The notes beneath the pieces are model-generated. The model was given only the letters and a program-made list of their open reading frames with translations, had not been told where the DNA came from and ran no database searches. DNA of 64,000 nt from Synechococcus sp. (GTDB lineage: Bacteria > Cyanobacteriota > Cyanobacteriia > PCC-6307 > Cyanobiaceae), in contig JBJBDL010000003.1 in the NCBI GenBank assembly GCA_047285305.1, positions 448,001 to 512,000 on the forward strand. Direction: 5' to 3'. A program made the position numbers and the translations under genes. Positions within the stretch are counted from its first letter, which is position 1; every line of letters starts with the position of its first letter. Shown here in pieces: positions 32,066-40,480 of this stretch.

Positions 32066-33307
32066 TCAGGACTGGCTTGGTTGTGTGTCGGAGATGTCCG
32101 GCAGTGGGCTGCCGGCCACCAGGCCGATCACGATCACCAGCACGGTTGCCGCAGCTGCAAATGGGCTCACTGGACCCAGCAGGTCGTAGCTCAATCCCGC
32201 CAGGGGGGGGCCGAGGAAACTTCCCAAACTCTGCAGGGCCTGAAGGCTGCCTAGGGCGCTGCCTTGCCCTTCCCGACCCAGGCGCCGTGACACCAGGCTG
32301 CGCAGGCTTGGTGTCACCAAGCCGGTGCCAAGGGCCAGGATGCCGACGGCAGTGAAGATGGCGCCGGCCCGATCGGATGCGCCGACGCTGGGGATCAGCA
32401 GGCATCCAATGATCACCAGGCCCAGGCCCAGCAAGGTCAGACGCCATTCACCAAACCGTTTCACCAGGGGCCCGATCAGCCCTCCTTGCACCACGGTGGC
32501 GACCACCCCCACCACGAGGAAGGCGGTGGTGGCGAGCTCAGGGCCCCAGCCGAAGCGTTGCTTGAAATAGAGCACCAGGATGGCGGTGAAGCCGTTGAAG
32601 GCGAGGAAGAAGAGGAAAAAAGCTCCGCACAGTCGCCCCACGCTGGGGTTCATCAGCACCTGGCTCAGCCGTGCAAACGGATTGAGGTCGCGTTTTCTGG
32701 GCAGGTTTTTGCGGGAGTCCTGGGGATGGGTTTCCGGCAGCAGATTGAGCACCACCAAGAGGTTGAGTGCAGCGAAGCCTGTGGCCACCCAAACCGGAAG
32801 GGACACGGCCACCCGGGCCAGTTGCCCGCCAACGAAGGGGCCAAGGATGAACCCCAAGCCAAAGGCCACGCCGATCAAGCCGAAGGCACGGGCTCGCTTG
32901 TCGGGCGGAGTGATGTCGGCGAGCACGGCGCTGGCTGTTGCCGCCGTACCGCCACTGATGCCATCAATGATCCGTGCTGCGAACAGCAACAGCAGGGGCA
33001 GCAGGCTTTGGCTGGGCCAAGGCAGTGAAACCGTCACGGCAAACAGGCCGAGCCCCACCACGGATCCTGCGACGCAGATGCTGATCACGGGGCGGCGGCC
33101 ATAGCGATCACTAAGCGCCCCGATCAAGGGGGTAACCAAGAACTGCGCCAGGGCATAGCTTCCGGCCAACAGACCCAGGGTTCGTCCATCTGGGGCGAAC
33201 TGGGCCAGGAGAAAGGGCAACAGCGGAAAAACAATGCTTTCGCTGAGCCGGTCGTTGAGCAGCGTGAGAAACGCGCTGAGCAGTGTGGGAATCCGAGGAC
33301 GCTGCAA
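32066..33307 (-). CDS. MFS transporter (DHA1/TetA-like)
   Basis: TTG start at 33307; GALSDRYGRRP motif A, GFILGPFVGG; about 12 TM segments. Confidence 0.9.
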   Translation of the reverse strand: MQRPRIPTLLSAFLTLLNDRLSESIVFPLLPFLLAQFAPDGRTLGLLAGSYALAQFLVTPLIGALSDRYGRRPVISICVAGSVVGLGLFAVTVSLPWPSQSLLPLLLLFAARIIDGISGGTAATASAVLADITPPDKRARAFGLIGVAFGLGFILGPFVGGQLARVAVSLPVWVATGFAALNLLVVLNLLPETHPQDSRKNLPRKRDLNPFARLSQVLMNPSVGRLCGAFFLFFLAFNGFTAILVLYFKQRFGWGPELATTAFLVVGVVATVVQGGLIGPLVKRFGEWRLTLLGLGLVIIGCLLIPSVGASDRAGAIFTAVGILALGTGLVTPSLRSLVSRRLGREGQGSALGSLQALQSLGSFLGPPLAGLSYDLLGPVSPFAAAATVLVIVIGLVAGSPLPDISDTQPSQS

Positions 33308-33352
33308 GCTTGTTGCCACGCAGGAGAGACTCACATTCCCACAGGCGGCTCC

Positions 33353-33820
33353 ATGGCTTTGCGTCCGATCGCTCCGGAGGATCAACCGCTGTTGCGGGAG
33401 ATCTATGCCGATGCGATCGAATCGCAGGCTCCTCTCCTTTATTCAGATGAACAAGTCAGGGCCTGGGCGGCTCTGGCCTGGTTGCCCGGCGTGCTCGATG
33501 CGAGTTTTCGGGAGGGCTCGGGATGGCTCACCACCGATGGTTCGGCCTTTGCGATCCGCCATCCCGAAAATCGTCTCTCGTTGCTCTACTGCCGTGGTTG
33601 TGCCTCGAGGCGGGGGCATGGCAGTGCCCTTCTGAACCAGATCGAAGCGGATGCGCTGGCGTCCGGCGTTCAACAATTACGAACGGAGGCCAGCCAGTTC
33701 AGCCGACCGTTGCTGAAGCGCCGTGGCTGGGAGGTGGAGGCGCCGGAAACGATCCTGATCGGAGGCGTTCCGTTCGAGCGCTATCGGATGGTCAAGCTGC
33801 TTCGCCAAGCGCAGAGTTGA
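33353..33820 (+). CDS. GNAT family N-acetyltransferase
   Basis: SRRGHGSALL acetyl-CoA motif, TEASQFSRPL; 155 aa. Confidence 0.85.
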   Translation: MALRPIAPEDQPLLREIYADAIESQAPLLYSDEQVRAWAALAWLPGVLDASFREGSGWLTTDGSAFAIRHPENRLSLLYCRGCASRRGHGSALLNQIEADALASGVQQLRTEASQFSRPLLKRRGWEVEAPETILIGGVPFERYRMVKLLRQAQS

Positions 33821-34851
33821 TCGAGCATGGCTTGGGCCTGGCCTGTCTGTAGAACGGCCGCTGCCCGTTGAATGCCCTGTTCCAGGGATTCACTGCAGCC
33901 GGAGAACCACAGATAGGCCCCAGCGTTCCAGCGCAGGGCGTCGCAGAGAGGACCTTTGTTCTGCAGGGCGTTTCGCGCCTGATCTGCCCAGGTGTCATCG
34001 TCAGCCCATTCCACGTCGGCGTCGTGACAGCCGTGGTCACGGGGGTGCAGGATCAATCGCTCCGCCTTGCCGTTTCGCACCCGGGCCGTGATGCAGGCTC
34101 GGCCGATGGGCAGGTCGGTTCCTCCTTCCAACCCCTTCACGGTAAGAACATCGGTTTCGCCGGCTTGCTTGAGGGCTTCCCAGGCGCGGGCTTCTGTTGG
34201 TGGGTGGACAAAGCCACTCACAAGGAGGTGGTCGCCTTGGTGGGGTGTCCAGAGCAGTTCCAGGCTGGCAACTGGGGGACGCTTGCCTAGTTCCTCGCGG
34301 TAGCCGATCAGGGTTTCCGCAATGGGGAAGTGATCCGGCTGGTGAATCAGGGCAAAGCCGTTCTGCTGGAACCCGTCGGCAACGGCGCTGATCGGCAGAC
34401 CTGTGAGGTCGAGATCGAGAAGACGGAACAGATCAACAGCGGTGACGCCGTATTTGATCGGCATCCGGTCACCGCCCTGAAGAACCACCGGCTGCTCACA
34501 GGCCAGCAGCACCAGCGCGGTGAGCGGGTAAATCGGCGCTGTGCGCGTGCGCCCGTCGTAGGGCATGCCGAAACACAACGGTGCTCGATTGCTGGCGGTG
34601 GATTGCAGCACCGGGCCGTGGGCTCGGTAGGTGTCGAGCATCCCCGTGAGTTCCTGAGGTTCCGGCCGTCGGATGCGATGGGCAATCAGAAAGGCGCCGA
34701 TCTGTGCGGGCGTCGCTTCGCCCTGCAGCATCAGCTCCATGGCATCAGCCGCTTCCTCGCGACTCATGCCTTTGCTGGTGTGTTCACCGCTTCCCACCTT
34801 GCGCAGGTGCTGCTTGAAACGGTCGCGGCCGGAGAGAACTGCGCTCGTCAA
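33781..34851 (-). CDS. cnaT: Anthranilate phosphoribosyltransferase-like (TrpD2/YbiB) protein, CnaT-like
   Basis: KVGSGEHT, AQIGAFLIAHRI, PYDGRTR, GFVHPPTE; glycosyltransferase family 3 fold. Adjacent to nitrate-assimilation genes, as cnaT is in other cyanobacteria. Confidence 0.75.
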   Translation of the reverse strand: MTSAVLSGRDRFKQHLRKVGSGEHTSKGMSREEAADAMELMLQGEATPAQIGAFLIAHRIRRPEPQELTGMLDTYRAHGPVLQSTASNRAPLCFGMPYDGRTRTAPIYPLTALVLLACEQPVVLQGGDRMPIKYGVTAVDLFRLLDLDLTGLPISAVADGFQQNGFALIHQPDHFPIAETLIGYREELGKRPPVASLELLWTPHQGDHLLVSGFVHPPTEARAWEALKQAGETDVLTVKGLEGGTDLPIGRACITARVRNGKAERLILHPRDHGCHDADVEWADDDTWADQARNALQNKGPLCDALRWNAGAYLWFSGCSESLEQGIQRAAAVLQTGQAQAMLDQLCAWRSSLTIR

Positions 34852-34903
34852 AGGTCCGGCCTCAAGCTGTGGTCAGTCTTCAGGAGCGACTGACCCAGTA
34901 GGG

Positions 34904-34917
34904 GTAGCAATTGCTAC
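34904..34917. promoter_or_regulatory. NtcA box (perfect palindrome)
   Basis: GTA-GCAATTGC-TAC, ~50 bp upstream of the cnaT-like gene. Confidence 0.75.
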
Positions 34918-35176
34918 GAAACTTCAGGGCCTGCTCAGCCGGGATAGCCCCTCGAAGCTGCCATGGCGTGGGTGCTGCGGATGGTGGCGTCCTTCGGCGT
35001 AATAGAGCCGCTCCAGCATCAGTTGGGGAGCAGTTGTTGGTGGAAGGAATTGCGCCTGCAACAGGGTCGCCATGGATTGGAAGAATTGGCTCATTGCAAA
35101 TTTCTTCGTTGGAACTAATTTCCCCCTATCAAGAGTCAGTTGGCTGTGTTTGTTGCTTCAAAATAGGCTGTTGTTT

Positions 35177-35192
35177 TGTAGTTGATGCTTCA
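35177..35192. promoter_or_regulatory. Imperfect NtcA-like box upstream of cynS
   Basis: TGTA-GTTGATGC-TTCA. Confidence 0.4.
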
Positions 35193-35290
35193 TTGTTCAG
35201 TCAGCGTTTGCGCAACAGTTTCCAAGCTGCTGAGACGTTCCAGCTTGGAACGCTGTTTTTAAAGCGGCCATAACAATTTTTCGTTTAATC

Positions 35291-35776
35291 ATGACTGTTT
35301 CAGCTGTTCCCTCGACCCCGTCGTTGGCAGCTCCTTCTCAGGAGACCGTCACCGCCACCTTGATGGCTGCCAAGAAGGCCAAGGGCATGAGCTTTGCTGA
35401 TCTGGAAGCTGCCCTGGGCCTCGATGAGGTCTGGGTTGCATCCCTGTTCTATGGACAAGCCACAGCTTCAAAAGAAGAGGCTGAAAAGCTGGCTGAGCTG
35501 CTTTCCCTTGACCCAGCCATCACTGCCGCTTTGCAGGAGTTTCCAACCAAGGGAAGCCTCGATCCGGTGATCCCCACTGATCCCTTGATCTATCGCTTCT
35601 ACGAGATCATGCAGGTCTATGGCATGCCCCTGAAGGATGTGATCCAGGAGCATTTCGGTGACGGCATCATGAGCGCGATCGACTTCACGCTTGATGTCGA
35701 CAAAGTGGAGGATCCCAAAGGTGATCGCGTCAAAATCACCATGTGCGGCAAGTTCCTGCCCTACAAAAAGTGGTGA
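35291..35776 (+). CDS. cynS: Cyanate hydratase (cyanase)
   Basis: [28 protein letters not shown]. Confidence 0.97.
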   Translation: MTVSAVPSTPSLAAPSQETVTATLMAAKKAKGMSFADLEAALGLDEVWVASLFYGQATASKEEAEKLAELLSLDPAITAALQEFPTKGSLDPVIPTDPLIYRFYEIMQVYGMPLKDVIQEHFGDGIMSAIDFTLDVDKVEDPKGDRVKITMCGKFLPYKKW

Positions 35777-35804
35777 ACAACCAAGTGTCTTGATTGAAGA
35801 CATC

Positions 35805-35829
35805 AAGCCCTGCTGTTGCGGGGCTTTTT
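35805..35829 (+). terminator. Rho-independent terminator of cynS
   Basis: AAGCCCTGC...GCGGGGCTT stem running into a T tract. Confidence 0.7.
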
Positions 35830-36550
35830 ATTGGCGGAATTGTTGGCTCAGTTGGGTGCTGGCCATTTTCCGCCGAACGTCATCATTTAGCTCCTGGCTC
35901 AACTCCAGCAGGCAGCGCTGACTCGCAGGTGTGGCGATGCAACCGAGTGCGCGGAAGGCGGCCTCGGCAACAGGTAGGGAACCGTTGCCACAAAGTTCTG
36001 CCAGTTTTTCGCTGATCAAAACGCCATCGCGGCGTTGCAGAACCCGAATAGCGGCCACAACGACTGGATCGCGGAAATCACTCAACACCTCTTGGCAGAA
36101 CTGCAGCAGTTCGCCGTCGTCGAGGCAGTGGGACCGGAAGCTGAGCAGTTGAAGACCGGCAAGTCGGTGCAGTTGGCCCGGGTGATGCAGGCAATTCACC
36201 ACCACCGATTCGGGAACTTCGGCCCCCCAGCAGGCGAGAGCCTGAACCACCATCAGGTTGGCGGCTTCATCGTCCGAGGTTTGCTCGAGTTGAGCCAACA
36301 ACCAATCGCGGGCTTCGCTCTGGTGGCACAGCCCTGCCGCCATCACCAAATCGGGGAGAACCCCGTGGATGGCGAGGAGGTCTTGGATCACGGGCCAGCC
36401 GCGCTCGGCCTGCATGCCCAGTTTTTCGCAGAGGGCTCGCCGCAGATCAACAGAAAAGCTGGGGGAGTAGACCTCCCCCAGCCAAGCGGGCTCCAAAGGA
36501 GCGCGTCGAGATCGGGCGAGCCGTTCCCAGAGAACGGCTTCGTCGTTCAT
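35828..36550 (-). CDS. HEAT-repeat (PBS-lyase-like) protein, NirB-like
   Basis: ATG 36550 just after the focA stop; helical repeats such as DFRDPVVVAAIRVL, VAEAAFRALG, DDVRRKMAS. Confidence 0.75.
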   Translation of the reverse strand: MNDEAVLWERLARSRRAPLEPAWLGEVYSPSFSVDLRRALCEKLGMQAERGWPVIQDLLAIHGVLPDLVMAAGLCHQSEARDWLLAQLEQTSDDEAANLMVVQALACWGAEVPESVVVNCLHHPGQLHRLAGLQLLSFRSHCLDDGELLQFCQEVLSDFRDPVVVAAIRVLQRRDGVLISEKLAELCGNGSLPVAEAAFRALGCIATPASQRCLLELSQELNDDVRRKMASTQLSQQFRQ

Positions 36551-36557
36551 TGATGGA

Positions 36558-37445
36558 TCAGCGGGCACCCAGTTCAGCAGCGAGCTCACGCTCCAGCTTT
36601 TCATCGTGCTCGGTGGGCAGCACGTTCTCCATCGGCGTGCGATGGGTGCTGTAGAAGAGCATGCCGATGAACACCATGCCGCCCACGATGTTGCCAAGGG
36701 TGACAGGCAGGAAGTTCCAGAAGATCACCTTGGTGAAGGGGACGCCTGAACCGAGGATCGGACCAGCGGTGTGGAGGAACTGGTTCACAACGATGTGCTC
36801 CATGCCCATCGATTGGAAGGCGGTGATCGGAAGCCAGCAGGCCAGGATCTTGCCGGGAACGCTCTTGCTCACCAGAGCCATGGTCACGCCCAGGCAAACC
36901 AACCAGTTGGCCACGAGTCCGCGCAGGAAGGCGAGGAAGAAGCCCATGCTTCCCAGGGCCTCGTACTTCTTCTCCACGTTGATTTGATTGAGGGCCATGA
37001 TTTTCTGGGCCACGGCATCCCAGATCGGCGGGCCGACGTTGTCAGCAGCGCCATCCATGGTGCCGCTGGTGAGGCTGATGGCCATGATCACGGCCACAAC
37101 GGCGGTGCCGATCCAGTTGCCGATCCACACCCAGACCCAGTTGCGGAAGGTGGCACCCCAGGTGCTCTTGCCGGCCCAGGTGGCCATCGGCAGCAGGGCG
37201 AAGTTGCCTGTCACCAGCTCCATGCCAAACAGCACAATGCTGGCGAAGCCGAAGGGGAACAGCAGCGAGCCCACGAAGGGAGCTTTGACGGTGATGCCCA
37301 CGGTGAGGGCCAGGATCACCGCCAGGCCAAGGATGGCCCCGGAGTAAAAGCCACGGATCAGCAGGTTTTTCACGCTGACCGTTGATTTTTTGCCGCCGGC
37401 GGCAATCATGCCGTCGACAAGCTCATTGGGTAGGACGTAGTCCAT
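36558..37445 (-). CDS. focA: Formate/nitrite transporter (FNT) family nitrite transporter
   Basis: FGMELVTGN, NWLVCLGV, EHIVVNQ, VTLGNIVGG FNT motifs; downstream of nirA. Confidence 0.93.
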   Translation of the reverse strand: MDYVLPNELVDGMIAAGGKKSTVSVKNLLIRGFYSGAILGLAVILALTVGITVKAPFVGSLLFPFGFASIVLFGMELVTGNFALLPMATWAGKSTWGATFRNWVWVWIGNWIGTAVVAVIMAISLTSGTMDGAADNVGPPIWDAVAQKIMALNQINVEKKYEALGSMGFFLAFLRGLVANWLVCLGVTMALVSKSVPGKILACWLPITAFQSMGMEHIVVNQFLHTAGPILGSGVPFTKVIFWNFLPVTLGNIVGGMVFIGMLFYSTHRTPMENVLPTEHDEKLERELAAELGAR

Positions 37446-37480
37446 CAGATGAGATTGAGAGTTGGACGAAGGTTTTGATG

Positions 37481-37615
37481 TCAACCGCTGATGCGGTTCA
37501 TCAGGCGGGAGAACAGATCAGGGCTGCCGCCCTGACGGTTGATGGCGGCTCCGTCGCGACCACTGGCGCTGAGCCAGTTGACGAAACGAGAGAACACGTC
37601 GTTGCGGTTGGCCAT
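37481..37615 (-). CDS. 44-aa small protein between nirA and focA (possibly the short marine cyanase CynH)
   Basis: MANRNDVFSRFVNWLSASGRDGAAINRQGGSPDLFSRLMNRISG; strong C-ending codon bias (AAC, TTC, ATC, GTC) like nirA; missed by the ORF track. Confidence 0.8.
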   Translation of the reverse strand: MANRNDVFSRFVNWLSASGRDGAAINRQGGSPDLFSRLMNRISG

Positions 37616-37645
37616 GACGGTGAGGGGGAGTGGTCGATGCGGGGA

Positions 37646-37674
37646 GCCGTGACTTCAAAAGGAAGCGTCACGGC
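37646..37674 (-). promoter_or_regulatory. Intercistronic bulged hairpin (motif copy)
   Basis: mRNA sense GCCGTGA[CG]CTTC-CTTTT-GAAG-TCACGGC. Confidence 0.6.
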
Positions 37675-37685
37675 CACAGCAGCGA

Positions 37686-39227
37686 TCAGGCCTTCGGGGT
37701 GGCCCCGAACTTCTCGATCAACACCTCTTTGAGAGCGGTCTTGATCTCATCGGCCGGGATCGCCTTGCGGTGGATTTCGCCGATGCTCGGGTTGGCGCCT
37801 TGGGAACCACCGATGGTCATCGTGTAGCCCTCTCCCATCACGCCTTCACTGTTTTTGGCCTTGGTGCCGGTGAGGCCGATGGCACCCATGTAGGCCTGGC
37901 CGCAGGTGTTGGGGCAACCGGTCCAGTGGATCTTCAGCTCTTCAGGAAGATTGAGCTCTTGGTCGAGTTCCTTGGCTGCTTCGAGCGCTTGGTCTTTGGT
38001 GTTGGTGAGGGCGAAACCGCAGTAGGTGTTGCCGGTGCAGGACACCGTTCCTGCGGAGATGTGACCGGGTTCCAGCGGGAAGCGTTGCACCAGGGCGTCT
38101 GCCTTCAGGGCGTCGAGCTTGTCGTTGGGAAGGCCAACGAGGATGACGTTCTGATCTTCGGTGAGACGCACTTCACCACTGCCGTAGTTGAGGCTGGCGG
38201 TTGCGAGATCCTGCAGATCCTGGGCGGTCAGGCGACCCACCGGAACGTGCAGTCCGGCGTAGGAGAGCCCTTCCTGTTTCTGAGGATGGTAGCCGTAGTG
38301 GGAGCGGGGCGTGGTGTTGAAAACAGAGCCCGGGTCGGGGGTCAACGGACCGAAGAGTTCTTCCACCTGGCTGCGGAACACGTCGTGGCCCACTTGATCC
38401 AGGTAGAGGCGGAAGCGGCCTTTGGGGCGCTTGTCGCGCTCACCGTTGTCACGCCAGAGCCGGATCACGGCATCGGTCATCTTGCAGATTTCCTCTGGCT
38501 TCACCCAGGCGTTCAAGGGAACGGCATAGGCGTTCATTTGCGATGACAGAACACCGCCGATCCAGACGCCAAATCCCATCACCCCATCCCGTTCCACGGG
38601 GTGGAAAACGATGTCGTTGTGGAGCAGAAAATTGTCTTTCGCACCGGCAACGGCGGTGTTCCACTTGCGGGGCAGGTTCGAATACTCCGGGTTGCCCTGG
38701 CAGTTGTTGGTCAGGAAGTTCTGCAGCTCGGTGGTGTAGGGCCGCGTGTCGACGATCTCGTTGGGATCGATGCCGGCGATGGGGTTGCCGGTGACGTTGC
38801 GGGGGTTGTCGAAGCCGGATTGGATCGTGCTCAGGCCGGCTTCCTTCAAACGCTTAAGGATTTCAGGCAGGTCGCCCAGCAGCACGCCGCGCAGTTGCAG
38901 GTTCTGACGGGTGGTGATGTCGCAGCTGCCGTTTTCGCCGTAGCGCTCAACGATGGAGCCAACCACCCGCAGCTGATCGGCCGTCAGCACGCCATTGGGC
39001 ACCCGCAGGCGCAGCATGAATTTGCCTGGCGTTTTCGGACGCCAGAACATGCCGTACCACTTCAAACGCAACTGAAGGTCGGTTTCATCCACCTGCTCCC
39101 AGCCGAGCTCGGCGAATTTTTCGATTTCGCTGCCGACCAACAGGCCATCTTTGGCCGCCTTGTTCTGCTCGATCTTGTTGAGCTTCTTGCCATCCAGGTA
39201 AGGCCTGGAGGGAGAGCTAATGGTCAT
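37686..39227 (-). CDS. nirA: Ferredoxin-nitrite reductase
   Basis: RLKWYG, FMLRLRVPNG, DITTRQNLQ, NLPRKWN, CTGNTYC and WTGCPNTCGQ siroheme/4Fe-4S ligands. Confidence 0.97.
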   Translation of the reverse strand: MTISSPSRPYLDGKKLNKIEQNKAAKDGLLVGSEIEKFAELGWEQVDETDLQLRLKWYGMFWRPKTPGKFMLRLRVPNGVLTADQLRVVGSIVERYGENGSCDITTRQNLQLRGVLLGDLPEILKRLKEAGLSTIQSGFDNPRNVTGNPIAGIDPNEIVDTRPYTTELQNFLTNNCQGNPEYSNLPRKWNTAVAGAKDNFLLHNDIVFHPVERDGVMGFGVWIGGVLSSQMNAYAVPLNAWVKPEEICKMTDAVIRLWRDNGERDKRPKGRFRLYLDQVGHDVFRSQVEELFGPLTPDPGSVFNTTPRSHYGYHPQKQEGLSYAGLHVPVGRLTAQDLQDLATASLNYGSGEVRLTEDQNVILVGLPNDKLDALKADALVQRFPLEPGHISAGTVSCTGNTYCGFALTNTKDQALEAAKELDQELNLPEELKIHWTGCPNTCGQAYMGAIGLTGTKAKNSEGVMGEGYTMTIGGSQGANPSIGEIHRKAIPADEIKTALKEVLIEKFGATPKA

Positions 39228-39248
39228 AAGTCGATTAACGAGTGGGCG

Positions 39249-39329
39249 GATTGATTGCTCAGAGACGAGGTGCGAATCAATCGAGATGGCCCGAAGACCG
39301 ACAACGCTTCAAAACGAAGGGGAGCGTTG
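39249..39329 (-). promoter_or_regulatory. Tandem bulged hairpins in the nirA leader
   Basis: mRNA sense CAACG[CTCCC]CTTC-GTTTT-GAAG-CGTTG (39302-39329) and GATTGATT[CGCAC]CTC-GTCTCT-GAG-C-AATCAATC (39249-39282). Confidence 0.55.
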
Positions 39330-39367
39330 GGTTGACTGAATAAACACTGCGAAGGCAACCCGGGTCC

Positions 39368-39381
39368 GTAACAAAGGGAAC
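39368..39381. promoter_or_regulatory. Proximal NtcA-like box of nirA
   Basis: GTA-ACAAAGGG-AAC, one mismatch. Confidence 0.5.
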
Positions 39382-39424
39382 ACTTTTTGCGTTGACCAAT
39401 GCACGGGCTTTGTTCTGTCCGATT

Positions 39425-39440
39425 TGTAAAACCGGCTACA
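39425..39440. promoter_or_regulatory. Distal consensus NtcA box of nirA
   Basis: TGTA-AAACCGGC-TACA. Confidence 0.8.
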
Positions 39441-39484
39441 TCTGACGGTTCCCGCGAGGCCGTAAAAGGCAACTTGTTTCTGCC

Positions 39485-39790
39485 TCAGTATTGGCGTCCG
39501 ATTTCGCCAACCATCCGCACCGCTCCGGCCCGGATCATCTGCCAAACCCGCTTCATCGCAGCGAAGTCTTGGTCGAGCTCGGAGGGCCCGGTGGGGCGGT
39601 CGAAGCTTCGGTCGTACAGGTCATGCCGGTCATAACGAGCCTCCCTGGGGTCGTATCCCCGGCTGTACCTCTCGTCCCGGACGTCGTACCGGTCGTCTCG
39701 GAAGTCGTACCGCTCAATCCGTCCGTCCAGCGGCTCCCGGTAGGAGCGGCTTTCCAATGGGGCACGATCAAAACGACGGCGGGGCGACAT
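39485..39790 (-). CDS. Arg/Asp/Tyr-rich low-complexity protein (101 aa)
   Basis: Repeated RYD/RDxRY units plus a C-terminal amphipathic helix DFAAMKRVWQMIRAGAVRMVGEIGRQY. Confidence 0.75.
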   Translation of the reverse strand: MSPRRRFDRAPLESRSYREPLDGRIERYDFRDDRYDVRDERYSRGYDPREARYDRHDLYDRSFDRPTGPSELDQDFAAMKRVWQMIRAGAVRMVGEIGRQY

Positions 39791-39817
39791 GACTCATCCA
39801 ACGTTCACAACAACCCG

Positions 39818-40480
39818 ATGACATCAGCCGGCATGGTCATCGATCCGTGGCCATTGCTACGGAATGACGCTTCCGATGGGGGGCGGCAAGGGTTGCATCT
39901 GGTGGTGCATGGCCGCAGTGGCGGTGTTGTTCCTGAGTGTTTGGCCTCTTTGCCGGACCTTCTGGCTCAGCGGCGTTCGGCGCCCGTGCAGTTGGAGGTG
40001 CTGACGGCTGAACAACCCGTATCGGCGCTTCCACAATCCTCTTGGATCGTTCCGTTGCTGCTGCTGCCTGGGGCGCACGCCCGCACGGATGTGCCGGCGA
40101 TTCGCAACAGGCTTCGTAAGGCCGGAGCCAGTGTGCGTTTGCTGCCCTTTCTGGGCTCTTGGACCACGTGGTGGAACGCTGTGCTCTCAGCACTTCCGTC
40201 GTCTGAGCGCCGGGATGCCGTGCTGGTGCACCACCCCTTGCGCCCGGGTGTGGCGGATCGCTTCCTCGCGATGCTGGCGTCTCGCCTGGCTTTGCCCTTG
40301 GTTCCCTTTGATGCCTGGCCCGAGTTCCAGCAGCGTCACCCCAAGGCCCGGCCACTGCCATTAACCCTCGCTCCAAACCGCATGACGGATGCGTTGAGCG
40401 AAGCTGGTGGATTGCCTCCTCTGCTGGAGCATCCCCCCACCCGTCAGGCCCTGATCGATCTGCTTGTTTCTCTGCCGTGA
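39818..40480 (+). CDS. CbiX/SirB sirohydrochlorin chelatase family protein
   Basis: LVVHGR and VPLLLLPGAHARTDVP chelatase motifs; GTGA overlap with cobA. Start is 39818 or 39833. Confidence 0.8.
   Translation: MTSAGMVIDPWPLLRNDASDGGRQGLHLVVHGRSGGVVPECLASLPDLLAQRRSAPVQLEVLTAEQPVSALPQSSWIVPLLLLPGAHARTDVPAIRNRLRKAGASVRLLPFLGSWTTWWNAVLSALPSSERRDAVLVHHPLRPGVADRFLAMLASRLALPLVPFDAWPEFQQRHPKARPLPLTLAPNRMTDALSEAGGLPPLLEHPPTRQALIDLLVSLP

Noticed and set aside
34963..35118. 51-codon plus-strand ORF upstream of cynS as a real CDS
   Set aside because: Atypical codon usage, no RBS or motif; not listed as a feature.
35463..35483. CTTC-AAAA-GAAG hairpin inside cynS resembling the UTR motif
   Set aside because: Antisense to the mRNA and inside coding sequence. 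TTTTGAAG also arises from Phe-Glu codons (e.g. ~8422, ~9755), so only non-coding sense copies with outer stems were counted.
39491..39817. N-terminal extension of the 329-aa ORF (CbiX/SirB)
   Set aside because: It is the antisense read of the R/D/Y-rich gene; chelatase-like sequence begins only after ATG 39818/39833.
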